The notes beneath the pieces are model-generated. The model had not been told where the DNA came from. It saw only the letters and a program-made list of their open reading frames with translations, and ran no database searches. This document shows, one piece after another, positions 1 to 8,004 of a stretch of 64,000 bases of DNA. The DNA lies in NCBI GenBank assembly GCA_965203905.1, contig CBDBDQ010000005.1, positions 6,688,001 to 6,752,000 on the forward strand, written 5' to 3'. The DNA is from Spirochaetia bacterium. Its GTDB lineage: Bacteria; Spirochaetota; Spirochaetia; SZUA-6; Bin103. The stretch's first letter is position 1; the number at the start of each line of letters is the position of its first letter. Position numbers and translations under genes: made by a program.

Positions 1-324
1 TTCGCCGGCTACGTCTCCGGGCACAGCACGTTCAGCCGCGCCGCGGCCGAGGTGCTGGCGCGCTTTACCGGCAGCGCGTTCTTTCCCGGCGGACTGGGCG
101 AGTTCACGGCGCCGGCCAACGAGTTCCTGGTATTCGAGACCGGCCCCAGCGAGACGATCCGCCTGCAGTGGGCCACCTACTACGACGCCGCGGACGAGGC
201 CGCAATCTCCCGCCTGTACGGCGGCATCCACCCCAGCGTCGACGACCTTCCGGGGCGGATCCTCGGAGCCCGGGTCGGCAGCGCGGCGTTCAACCACGTC
301 CTTGCCTTGTTCGGCGACAACTGA
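1..324 (+). CDS. Vanadium-dependent haloperoxidase / PAP2-superfamily protein, C-terminal part (5' end outside window)
   Basis: Frame 1 is open from base 1: FAGYVSGHSTFSRAAAEVL...AAISRLYGGIH, which are the SGH and SRxxGGxH vanadate/phosphate-binding motifs. Confidence 0.8.
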   Translation, partial: FAGYVSGHSTFSRAAAEVLARFTGSAFFPGGLGEFTAPANEFLVFETGPSETIRLQWATYYDAADEAAISRLYGGIHPSVDDLPGRILGARVGSAAFNHVLALFGDN

Positions 325-364
325 TCTCGAGTACTCACGTTCCCTTGGCAGCCTGAGCAGTCGC

Positions 365-1306
365 TCACTGCGCCGGCCTGGCGCGCCGCGTGGTTCCGAA
401 ACGTCCCGCGCCGCCGCGCAGGCGCGGATCCAGCAGATCGCGCAGCGCGTCGCCGAACATGTTGGCGCCGTACACGACGAGGGCCAGGCACAGACCCGGC
501 CAGAACGCCAGCCACGGCGCCTGCAGCATGTACTGGCGGCCCTCGATGCTGAGCATGCCGCCCCAGCTCGGCTGCGGCGGCGGGATGCCATAGCCGAGAA
601 AGCTCAGCGTCGCCTCGGCGATGATGTTGCCGCCCAGGGACACCGTGAACAGCACGATCATCGGCGCGATCAGTTCCGGCGCGATGTGACGCCACAGGAT
701 CCTGAAGGTGGCCGCGCCGACCGCTCGCGCAGACTGCACGTACATCGCTTCCCTCACGCTCAGCACCACGCTGCGCACGGTACGGGTATTGCCGATCCCG
801 GACGAGATGCCCAGCACCAGGATCACCTGCAGCAGGCCGGGACCGAGAATCGACATCACCGTCAGCACGATGAACAACCAGGGGAACGTCAGCCAGGCAT
901 CGACGAAGCGTTGCACGATGAGATCGAACGCCCCGCCCCAATAGCCGCACAGCAGTCCAAGCGCCATCGCCACGACGATCGTGAGCGCGCTGGAGGCGAT
1001 GCCCACTACCATCGACACCCGTGCGCCATGGATAACGCGGCTCAACTGGTCTCTGCCGAACTGGTCGGTTCCCAGCGGCCACTCGGCCGACGGCGGCAGC
1101 AACCGGCGCGAGAGCTCCTGGTCGCGCAGGCCGTAGGGCGCGAGCAGGTCGGCGAAGATGCCCACGAGCAGGAACAGAAGCACGAGGATGCCACTGATCG
1201 CGCCGATGCACTTCTCGCGGGCAAATCGGCGCAGCAACTCCCAGATTCGGTGCTGTCTCGTGGCCGCGCCTGTCCCGACCCCCGTTATTTCCTCCGGCTG
1301 ACTCAC
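365..1306 (-). CDS. Dpp/Opp ABC transporter permease (DppC-like), operon 1
   Basis: PLGTDQFGRD, EATLSFLGYG, PSWGGML, NMFGDALRDLLDPR; GTG start overlaps the upstream stop (TAGTG). Confidence 0.93.
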   Translation of the reverse strand: MSQPEEITGVGTGAATRQHRIWELLRRFAREKCIGAISGILVLLFLLVGIFADLLAPYGLRDQELSRRLLPPSAEWPLGTDQFGRDQLSRVIHGARVSMVVGIASSALTIVVAMALGLLCGYWGGAFDLIVQRFVDAWLTFPWLFIVLTVMSILGPGLLQVILVLGISSGIGNTRTVRSVVLSVREAMYVQSARAVGAATFRILWRHIAPELIAPMIVLFTVSLGGNIIAEATLSFLGYGIPPPQPSWGGMLSIEGRQYMLQAPWLAFWPGLCLALVVYGANMFGDALRDLLDPRLRGGAGRFGTTRRARPAQ

Positions 1307-2265
1307 TAGTCGTACCGAATGCGGGGGTCGAGGAAGCTGTAGGTCAGGTCGATCAGCAGGTTGACGATCAGCACGAAGCCGGCCACTACCAGGTTGATGC
1401 CGGACACCACGATGTAGTCGCGCCGTTCGATGGCGAACACCAAGAGGCTCCCCAGGCCGGGAAGCTGGAACAGCGTCTCCACGATCACGGCGCCGCCGAC
1501 CATAACCGGCAGCATGAGACCGACCATGGTGACCACCGGCAGCATCGCGTTGCGCAACACGTGACGGACCACCACCACCGGTTCCTGCAGCCCCTTGGAC
1601 CACGCGGTACGGACGTAGTCCTGGCGCAGCACCTCCAGCATCATGGTGCGCGTCAACCGCATCGTCACGCCGGACAGCCACATGCCGAGGATGCTCGCGG
1701 GGATGATCAGCGACGTGAGGTTGCGGATCGGGTTCATCGAGAACCGGGTGTAGATCATCGGCGGCGCCCAGCCCCACCAGAGCGCGGGATACACCCACAC
1801 CATGAGCGCGATCCAGAACCCGGGCACGGTGATCAGCAGGATCGCGAAGCTGCGTAGCAGGTAGTCCCCGACGGTGTCGGGCCGTATGCCGGAGTAGATG
1901 CCGACCGGCAGCGCAATGGCCAGCGATATGAGGATCGCCAGCGCGCCAACCTCGAGGGAGACCGGGAGACGGTTCAGGACCAGGTTGGTGACGGACTCAC
2001 GGCTTACCAGCGCGTCGCCGAGGTCGCCGCGCAGCACGTCCGTCACCCACGTCACGTATTGCGCCACCAGGGGCCGATCCAGCCCGAGCTTGGCCCGGAT
2101 CAGCTCCCTCGGATCCTCTACGCCGGCGCCGCGCGCCATCCCCATCACCATCATGTCCACCACGTCGCCCGGAATCAGCCGAACCGAGAAGAACACGATG
2201 ACGGTTACGATGAAGACCGTCGGCACGATGAGCAGCAGCCGGCGGATGATGTAGGTCTGCATCAA
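1306..2265 (-). CDS. Dpp/Opp ABC transporter permease (DppB-like), operon 1
   Basis: YIIRRLL, PGD, LGLDRP, EVLRQDYVRTAWSKGL (EAA loop), DPRIRY. Confidence 0.93.
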   Translation of the reverse strand: MMQTYIIRRLLLIVPTVFIVTVIVFFSVRLIPGDVVDMMVMGMARGAGVEDPRELIRAKLGLDRPLVAQYVTWVTDVLRGDLGDALVSRESVTNLVLNRLPVSLEVGALAILISLAIALPVGIYSGIRPDTVGDYLLRSFAILLITVPGFWIALMVWVYPALWWGWAPPMIYTRFSMNPIRNLTSLIIPASILGMWLSGVTMRLTRTMMLEVLRQDYVRTAWSKGLQEPVVVVRHVLRNAMLPVVTMVGLMLPVMVGGAVIVETLFQLPGLGSLLVFAIERRDYIVVSGINLVVAGFVLIVNLLIDLTYSFLDPRIRYD

Positions 2266-2272
2266 TGCAGAA

Positions 2273-2327
2273 CGGGGGCGCGTGTGCGGTGCCGCTCGCG
2301 CGACACCACACTAAAGCGCCGCCCCCG
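2273..2327 (-). terminator. Stem-loop between SBP and permease genes
   Basis: CGGGGGCG (2273-2280) pairs with CGCCCCCG (2320-2327), with an inner GTGTG/CACAC stem. Confidence 0.55.
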
Positions 2328-2350
2328 CGCTAGGCTAGTCGTGGGCCGGG

Positions 2351-4186
2351 TTACTCGTTTGGTCCGCGCCCGGACATCTGCTGCTTCATGTCGGTATCGA
2401 CCCAGTAGAACCGGGACAAGGCCAGCCAGCGGTCGACCGCGACGCCCTTCTCGCCGTTGTAGCCCTTGATCCACGGCTGCCAGAACAGGAAGGTCGGCTC
2501 GGCAACCACCGGGATGGTGTCGGAGCGTTCCAGCGCGTACACGAAATACTCGTTGTAGCGCGCGATCCCCTCGGCCGGCGGCAGGCCGGCAATCTCGGCG
2601 CGGAACTGGTCGTACACCGGCGTGGCGGCGCGCGAGTAGTTCCACGAGCTGTTGATGTCGTAGTAGTGGACCAGCGTCGAGAACGCGCTCGGGCCGTTAC
2701 CCCAGTCGTTGGCGACCATCTCCTGATGCTCGCCGTTCACCATGATGGTGGAGTAGACCCCCGACTCCTGCACGTTGATGTTGGCGATCAGGCCGATGTC
2801 GTCCCAGTAGCCGGAGTACAGCTCGGTGAAGTGCTGGAACTCCGGCGGCGTGATCACCTCGAATTCGAAGCCGTCGGGATAGCCGGCGTCCGCCAGCAGC
2901 TTGCGCGCCTTGTCGAGATCGCGACCGATCAATGACTGGGCGCTCGTTCCCGACCCCTCGTGCGCGAGCAGCGGTTCGGTGGGCAGGTCCTCCAGCGGGA
3001 CGAAGAAGGCTCCCGTGGTCGGATACGCCGGCCACGCGTAGGTGAGCCCGTTGCCGGCGTAGAACTGGTCGTTCACCTCCTGGTGCGGAATGGCGAGCAT
3101 GAACGCCTGCCGCACCCGCATGTCGGCGAACTTGCTGCCCGGCAGGTCCTGGCGCATGTGGAATATCGCCTGGCGCCACTGGCCCACGCGGGAGTTGAGC
3201 TCGGGGTTGGTCTCGGCGAGCGACTCTTGCCAGCGCTCCGGGAGGAACGCGAACAAACTGCCGTTGCGGTCGATCTGACCGGTACGCATGCCCGCGCCGA
3301 CCGCCTCGATCTCGGCGAACGGAATCATGCGGAACCCGTCGAGGTACGGTTGCTGATTCTCGGGAAACAGCGGGTCCGTGCCCCAGTAGTTGGGGTTCTT
3401 GACGTACTCGGCGACGCTGCCGTCGACGTAGTTGGACCAGATGAAGGGCCCGGTGCCGAGCGCGTTGCGCCAGTCGACCATGTCCACGCCCTCGGCTTCC
3501 ACCGGACGCAGGGTCATATTGCCCAACAGCCGAAAGTTCTCCCAGGTATAGTCCGCCCCGTGGCCGGCCCAGTCGACGTCCACGGTCCAGTCGTCGCGCG
3601 CGGTCCAGGTGAAGTTGGGCCAGGCGCCCGAGGCCGGGTTCTCCTTCTGCGAGTTGGCCGAGTACACCACGTCGTGGGCGTTCGCCTCCCGCCCGTACGC
3701 CGACTCCAGCTCGGGCACGGGGTTCACGACGTTCTCCTTGTCCCAGAAGTGAATGCCGCGCCGGATTTGGAATACGACGTGGGTGGGGCCGGTCTGCTCG
3801 AAGCTCTCGGCTGCGTCGCCGATCCACCAGACCTGCGGTACGTCGCCCGGCGTGCTGAACTCGCCGGTGCCCGAGACTCCGCGCGCCCAGTCGACCACTA
3901 CGAGTCGATCGTAGGGCGGTTGCGATGGCCAGGCCAGGTGGCTCGGACCGGTCGGGTCGGTGGTAGTGCCACCCAGGACGGCCTCCGTCGCCCAGCCGCC
4001 GTAGCGCGGCTTCTCCACCTCTATGCTCATGGTGGTGCCGTCGGTGCGCGTAAGCTCCACGGTCACCATCTCGACCTCGGCCGCCATCGTCTCGCTGGCC
4101 GGTGACGCCCACAGGGTGGCCGCCGCCAGCGCGAAGGCCAGCGCGAGCGCCAAGGCTCCTAATTTATTAGGGAATGAAAATCTCAC
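2351..4186 (-). CDS. ABC transporter substrate-binding protein, family 5, operon 1
   Basis: Signal peptide, KPRYGG, IRRGIHF, GTGPF, NPNYW, VRQAFMLAI, LADAGYPDGF. Confidence 0.92.
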   Translation of the reverse strand: MRFSFPNKLGALALALAFALAAATLWASPASETMAAEVEMVTVELTRTDGTTMSIEVEKPRYGGWATEAVLGGTTTDPTGPSHLAWPSQPPYDRLVVVDWARGVSGTGEFSTPGDVPQVWWIGDAAESFEQTGPTHVVFQIRRGIHFWDKENVVNPVPELESAYGREANAHDVVYSANSQKENPASGAWPNFTWTARDDWTVDVDWAGHGADYTWENFRLLGNMTLRPVEAEGVDMVDWRNALGTGPFIWSNYVDGSVAEYVKNPNYWGTDPLFPENQQPYLDGFRMIPFAEIEAVGAGMRTGQIDRNGSLFAFLPERWQESLAETNPELNSRVGQWRQAIFHMRQDLPGSKFADMRVRQAFMLAIPHQEVNDQFYAGNGLTYAWPAYPTTGAFFVPLEDLPTEPLLAHEGSGTSAQSLIGRDLDKARKLLADAGYPDGFEFEVITPPEFQHFTELYSGYWDDIGLIANINVQESGVYSTIMVNGEHQEMVANDWGNGPSAFSTLVHYYDINSSWNYSRAATPVYDQFRAEIAGLPPAEGIARYNEYFVYALERSDTIPVVAEPTFLFWQPWIKGYNGEKGVAVDRWLALSRFYWVDTDMKQQMSGRGPNE

Positions 4187-4266
4187 TCGGTTCCTCCCAA
4201 ACTGCCGGATTTGATTTAATGTGGTGACTACCCGCCGGGCATGTCAACCATTCGGATGGCGTTCAG

Positions 4267-4713
4267 ATGACTTCGTACTCAAGAGGACACGCAACAACGG
4301 CCCGCGTCGTGGTCGCCGTGGTAATTGCGTCCGTGACCGCGGCAATCTCCGTATCCGCCGACGTGCCGGCGCAGGAGCAGGACGCCGCTCCGCCGGAAAT
4401 TGCCGGTGAATGGTTTTATCGGCACGCGGGTGGAAGCATCTACGCGTGGACGTTTACCGACTCCGGAGAGTTCGAGTGGACCGTGACCCACGCCGGCGTG
4501 AGCACCATCCCCACCGTGCTCGGACGCGGGAACTACGAGGCCACGGGCGACGATCAGCTCATACTCGTGTTCGTGGGAAAGGACGGTGCCGCGGAGGCTC
4601 CGCAGACGCGCACTTGGCGCAGGTGCGGGGACACGCTGACGTTGTGGCGCGGTGAGTCGGAACGGAGCTACACCAGAACGCGTGACGGGACCTTCGAACA
4701 CTGCGAGGAGTGA
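4267..4713 (+). CDS. Hypothetical secreted protein
   Basis: Signal-peptide-like N-terminus, small beta-rich domain (IAGEW...), host-like codon usage. Confidence 0.6.
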   Translation: MTSYSRGHATTARVVVAVVIASVTAAISVSADVPAQEQDAAPPEIAGEWFYRHAGGSIYAWTFTDSGEFEWTVTHAGVSTIPTVLGRGNYEATGDDQLILVFVGKDGAAEAPQTRTWRRCGDTLTLWRGESERSYTRTRDGTFEHCEE

Positions 4714-4799
4714 GCACCGCCACCCCCCACCGTCTCGTTCACGCAAAGCGCAGCGGCTGCCCGCCTTTCAGCCGCCCGATCAGCGGGTTGCTCTATACC

Positions 4800-4902
4800 G
4801 ACGCACCGCGAATCGGCGTCGAGACGGCCGCCACCGCCGCGCAGCCGCGGGTCGAGCAGGTCGCGCACCGCGGCGCCGAACATGTTCAGGCAGTACACGA
4901 CT
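4800..4902 (-). pseudogene. Isolated dppC 3'-end fragment
   Basis: Translates VVYCLNMFGAAVRDLLDPRLRGGGGRL with no upstream dppC body. Confidence 0.8.
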
Positions 4903-4937
4903 TGTATTGAACATGGGCGGCGACCAGCGCCACCACA

Positions 4938-5258
4938 CCGCCGAAGCCCACCTCCGCGAACCCGACCCCCGCGCCTGCATGATCTCCTCGACGAGGGCAG
5001 CGCCGCCTTCGATTCGATCTTGATGCCCGGAACAACTCGCCGTCGGGATTCCACGGCCACGGGGCGGCCTTCTCGATGCAGGTATCGGCGTCCACACCCC
5101 ACACGTGGACCACGCTGTGCTCCGAGGCGATGCCGCGCAGGCCGGCGCCCATGCCGGTGCCGACGCCGAGACGGTTGATCGGGTAGCGGCTCGCCTCCAC
5201 GAACGCCGCCACCGCGTCGGGCGCTCGTCGGGCGTGTTGGCCTTGCACAGGAACTGCC
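4938..5258 (-). pseudogene. Frameshifted internal fragment of an HpcH/HpaI aldolase-like gene
   Basis: Across frames: FLCKANTP/DAVAAFVEASRYP...WPWNPDGEL/GIKIESKAAL/GVGFAEVG, recognised from memory of the family. Confidence 0.5.
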
Positions 5259-5259
5259 G

Positions 5260-5538
5260 CTACGATCCATAGTGGTATCGTGCCGCGATGAATCGCACGC
5301 TCGCTGTTTCGACTCGATAGACCAGACGGTGTTCCTGGTCGATACGCCGGGACCAGGCGCCGGCGAGCTGTCCTCGGAGCGGTTCCGGTTTACCCGGTCC
5401 GCCGAAGGGATCCCGGAGCACAGCCTCGATCAGTGATAGGATGCGTAGCGCGCGCCGCCGGTCGGTGCGGACCCAGTGCTCCAGGTCGTGCAGACAGTTC
5501 CGGTCGAAGAGCGCATTCCGGCGGCGGCCTTCCTTCAC
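5260..5538 (-). CDS. yoeB: Txe/YoeB family toxin
   Basis: DPFGGPGKPEPLRGQLAGAWSRRIDQEHRLVY...ARYHY; GTGA overlap with the antitoxin. Confidence 0.92.
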   Translation of the reverse strand: MKEGRRRNALFDRNCLHDLEHWVRTDRRRALRILSLIEAVLRDPFGGPGKPEPLRGQLAGAWSRRIDQEHRLVYRVETASVRFIAARYHYGS

Positions 5539-5819
5539 GTGCCATCGAGGCCGAGTCGTTCGCGGAGTTGTTCGATGCTCAGCGGCATGCCTTCCCCTGC
5601 GGCGGCGCGGCGGTTGCCGTCCAACAGGCGCTGCGCATTCCTGGGAGAGCGAAGCAGGTAAGCCGTCTCCATCCACCCCGCGAGATCATCGGCTGCGACC
5701 ATCGCGACCGGTGCCGCTCCGCGCCGGCGAATGAGGATCGGCTCGCGGGTGTCCGTTACCTGGTCCATGAGCGCCGCCAAGTGGGCACGCGCGTTGCTGT
5801 AGGTGGTTTCGTAGATCAT
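5535..5819 (-). CDS. yefM: Phd/YefM family antitoxin
   Basis: TYSNARAHLAALMDQV...PILIRR...ETAYLLRSPRNAQRL. Confidence 0.92.
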   Translation of the reverse strand: MIYETTYSNARAHLAALMDQVTDTREPILIRRRGAAPVAMVAADDLAGWMETAYLLRSPRNAQRLLDGNRRAAAGEGMPLSIEQLRERLGLDGT

Positions 5820-5832
5820 CGCGATTTCTTCC

Positions 5833-5851
5833 TGTACAGCAAAACGGTACA
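5833..5851. promoter_or_regulatory. Putative YefM operator
   Basis: TGTACA (5833-5838) and GGTACA (5846-5851) just upstream of yefM; TGTACA is the known core of the E. coli yefM-yoeB operator. Confidence 0.55.
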
Positions 5852-5859
5852 AGTAACCG

Positions 5860-5885
5860 GCCTGTTCGTCAACGACTACCATTGA
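5860..5885 (+). pseudogene. HigB toxin C-terminal remnant
   Basis: ...FVNDYH* 22 nt upstream of higA; HigB toxins typically end in (E)IVDYH*. Confidence 0.6.
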
Positions 5886-5907
5886 TCCCGTTCGAGGAGG
5901 CATCGAA

Positions 5908-6237
5908 ATGACCCGACTCGATCCGGTTCACCCTGGCGAAGTCCTCAAGCATGACTTTATGGAGCCTCTTGGCTTGTCGGCCACCATGCTTGCGAAGGCG
6001 CTCGGCGTGACGCCGGCGCGAATCAACGAGATCGTGCGCGGACGCCGCGGCATCACGGCCGAGACCGCGCTGCGCCTGGCGCGTTATTTCAACACCGATG
6101 CCCGGAGCTGGATGAACCTTCACGACCGCTACGAGCTCGAAATTGCGGCGCGGGACAAGGCCGAAGCGCTGCGCGCCATCCGTCCGCACGAAGTGGCCGC
6201 GCGCGGGAGCCGGGCGCCTGCTACGCGCCAGGTTTGA
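5908..6237 (+). CDS. higA: HigA family antitoxin (orphan)
   Basis: PVHPGEVLKHDFMEPLGLS...RINEIVRGRRGITAETALRLARYF; GAGGAGG RBS. Confidence 0.92.
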   Translation: MTRLDPVHPGEVLKHDFMEPLGLSATMLAKALGVTPARINEIVRGRRGITAETALRLARYFNTDARSWMNLHDRYELEIAARDKAEALRAIRPHEVAARGSRAPATRQV

Positions 6238-6336
6238 GGTAGCCGGTCAGCTCATGGGCTCTTGTGTGCCGGCTCGGCGTCGCCGCGGTTGTCGGTCAGC
6301 AGTGGCTGAATCAGCGCCAGCTCGTCCGCCGGCAGC
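6231..6336 (-). repeat. Degenerate copy of the 3' end of the PhyH gene (19791-19895)
   Basis: Direct alignment by eye: about 9 differences in 106 nt, including a 1-nt insertion. Confidence 0.9.
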
Positions 6337-6376
6337 AACTAAAACTAAACCCTCGCCCCTTGTGCTGAACCATGGG

Positions 6377-6736
6377 CTAAACGAGAAGGTCGAGATCCAC
6401 GTCCAATGCTTTTGCAATCGCCGCCAGGGTGGCGACAGATCCGTTACGGTTCCCGCGCTCGATCTGCGAAAGATAGAGCGAGCTGACGCCGACAGTCTGC
6501 GCGAGCTGCTTCTGCGTCATCCCACGGTACTCTCGAAACACCCGAATCGGGTTTTCTCCATCGACTATCTGGTCAGCCACTTCGCTCGGGAACATCTCCT
6601 GAGCCTTTGCACGATCACAGAGAGCTGCATCTTCGGCGTCCTCATCGATTGCGGCGAGGCGCTCATAGTCGCTCCACGGAATCACCGCAAACGTTGGGCG
6701 GCCGGTTTCGTCGACGATCACCTGCGGTTCGTTCAT
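6377..6736 (-). CDS. XRE-family HTH antitoxin-like regulator (orphan partner of a deleted RelE)
   Basis: PQVIVDETGRPTFAVIPWSDYERL...ENPIRVFREYRGMTQKQLA...YLSQIERG. Confidence 0.85.
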   Translation of the reverse strand: MNEPQVIVDETGRPTFAVIPWSDYERLAAIDEDAEDAALCDRAKAQEMFPSEVADQIVDGENPIRVFREYRGMTQKQLAQTVGVSSLYLSQIERGNRNGSVATLAAIAKALDVDLDLLV

Positions 6737-7010
6737 GTCATCCTCCTACTTCCGATGGCCAGCACATCGATCAAGCGGGCAGGGTCGTCCCGTATGAGAA
6801 GCACGCGACGGTTACCAACCCTCAGGCGGGGGTCGAGCAGACATCAGCGTTGGGCGGCCGGTTTCGTCGACGATCACCTGCGGTTCGTTCATGTCATCCT
6901 CCTACTTCCGATGGCCAGCACATCGATCAAGCGGGCAGGGTCGTCCCGTATGAGAAGCACGCGACGGTTACCAACCCTCAGGCGGGGGTCGAGCAGACAT
7001 CAGCGTTGGG
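6692..7010. repeat. Exact tandem duplication, 156-bp unit, bounded by 7-bp microhomology CGTTGGG
   Basis: CGTTGGG at 6692, 6848 and 7004; the two units are identical by eye. Confidence 0.92.
6733..6840 (-). pseudogene. RelE/ParE toxin C-terminal remnant fused to a dppC-like LLDPRL (second copy at 6889-6996)
   Basis: LLDPRLRVGNRRVLLIRDDPARLIDVLAIGSRRMT*; ATGA overlap with the HTH gene. Confidence 0.7.
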
Positions 7011-7365
7011 TGTCCGGTATCGCACGCATCCGAATGCGACGTTCGCTGATGACCGAGAAGTGTCCCTCCCACTCCACGTGCGACGCAAGGCTGTCGGCCA
7101 CAAATTGTGGCAGGGTGTCTTTCGACATGCCGGCGAGACGGAATAGCACAATGCCATGAGCCGCCGGCATACGCGCCCGGAACGCCAAGTCTCCGAAATC
7201 CTTGTCGAAGGTCACCAGGAGACGGGACTCTTCCGTAGCGCGGCTCAGTATGTTGGTGTCTGCAGTACCCGGTTCCCCTTCGGACACCCATGCCACGTCG
7301 TGTCCTGCGCTACGCAGCATCTCTACCGCGGCACCCGGCACATTTTCATCGGCGAGTATCCTCAT
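7000..7365 (-). CDS. DUF5615 PIN-like (Mut7-C-like) toxin
   Basis: MRILADENVP...GHDV...D..IL..A..E.RLLVTFDKDFG. Confidence 0.88.
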   Translation of the reverse strand: MRILADENVPGAAVEMLRSAGHDVAWVSEGEPGTADTNILSRATEESRLLVTFDKDFGDLAFRARMPAAHGIVLFRLAGMSKDTLPQFVADSLASHVEWEGHFSVISERRIRMRAIPDTQR

Positions 7366-7377
7366 GCCCACTGAGGG

Positions 7378-7611
7378 TTATGCGATTCCGACTGGAAACA
7401 CCTTCTCCGAACGCAACACATCGCCGGCGTACTGGAGGCAGGCCCTGATGTCATCGGTGCTGAGGCGCGGGTAGTTCGCAAGGATATCGGCTTCGCTCCA
7501 TCCCTGTGCCAGCAGGTCGATGATGAACTCCACGGCGAGCCGGGTTCCCCGTACCACCGGCTTGCCCGTCAGCACAGCCTCGTCAGCGACGATCCGTTCT
7601 TGCCAATTCAT
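7378..7611 (-). CDS. DUF433 antitoxin
   Basis: RIVADEAVLTGKPVVRGTRLAVEFIIDLLAQG...YPRLSTDDIRACLQYA. Confidence 0.9.
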   Translation of the reverse strand: MNWQERIVADEAVLTGKPVVRGTRLAVEFIIDLLAQGWSEADILANYPRLSTDDIRACLQYAGDVLRSEKVFPVGIA

Positions 7612-7737
7612 GTTCCGGTCCTCCCCGCTCTCCTTCAGAACTGCCTCGTGCCGGGACAAAATACCGCGAGTCTGTCGGTGTCACAACAGCCGCCGAAAGG
7701 CGGAGCGGGCTCGATGATTGGCTCCCCAGGGGAGTCG

Positions 7738-7829
7738 TCACTTGCGGGCCGCGGACGGGTGCCTCGGCGCCGAAGCGGCCGATGCCGCCGCGCGGGTGGG
7801 GGTCGAGCAGGTCGCGCAGCGCGTCGCCG
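7738..7829 (-). repeat. Degenerate copy of a dppC 3' end including the stop codon (closest to 11922-12012)
   Basis: About 8 differences in 92 nt versus the operon-3 dppC end; GDALRDLLDPHPRGGIGRFGAEA. Confidence 0.9.
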
Positions 7830-7831
7830 GG

Positions 7832-7960
7832 TACTGATATACGATGCAACGCGATGATCCGCTTGTTGACAGGGCTGGGGTTCTCCGTACGGGACGGCAG
7901 GAAGCAGGCGCACAAAGTTGTCACCCACCCCGGGCTCGCGGCGTTCACGTCCGCGCCATC
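7832..7960 (+). pseudogene. HicA-like toxin fragment
   Basis: DIRCNAMIRLLTGLGFSVRDGRKQAHKVVTHPGL resembles the HicA LxxLGF...GxHxxxxHP pattern; no start codon and no partner. Confidence 0.5.
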
Positions 7961-8004
7961 ACTAGTGAACACGAAGTGGCGTGAGACGTCTGCCGCGGCC
8001 GCGG

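Noticed and set aside
6692-7010. Tandem repeat as a CRISPR array or DGR template/variable repeat
   Set aside because: Two abutting identical units, no spacers, no adenine-specific mismatches, no cas or RT gene
4800-8000. Classical integron cassette array
   Set aside because: No intI and no attC (RYYYAAC...GTTRRRY) palindromes recognised; cargo orientation is mixed
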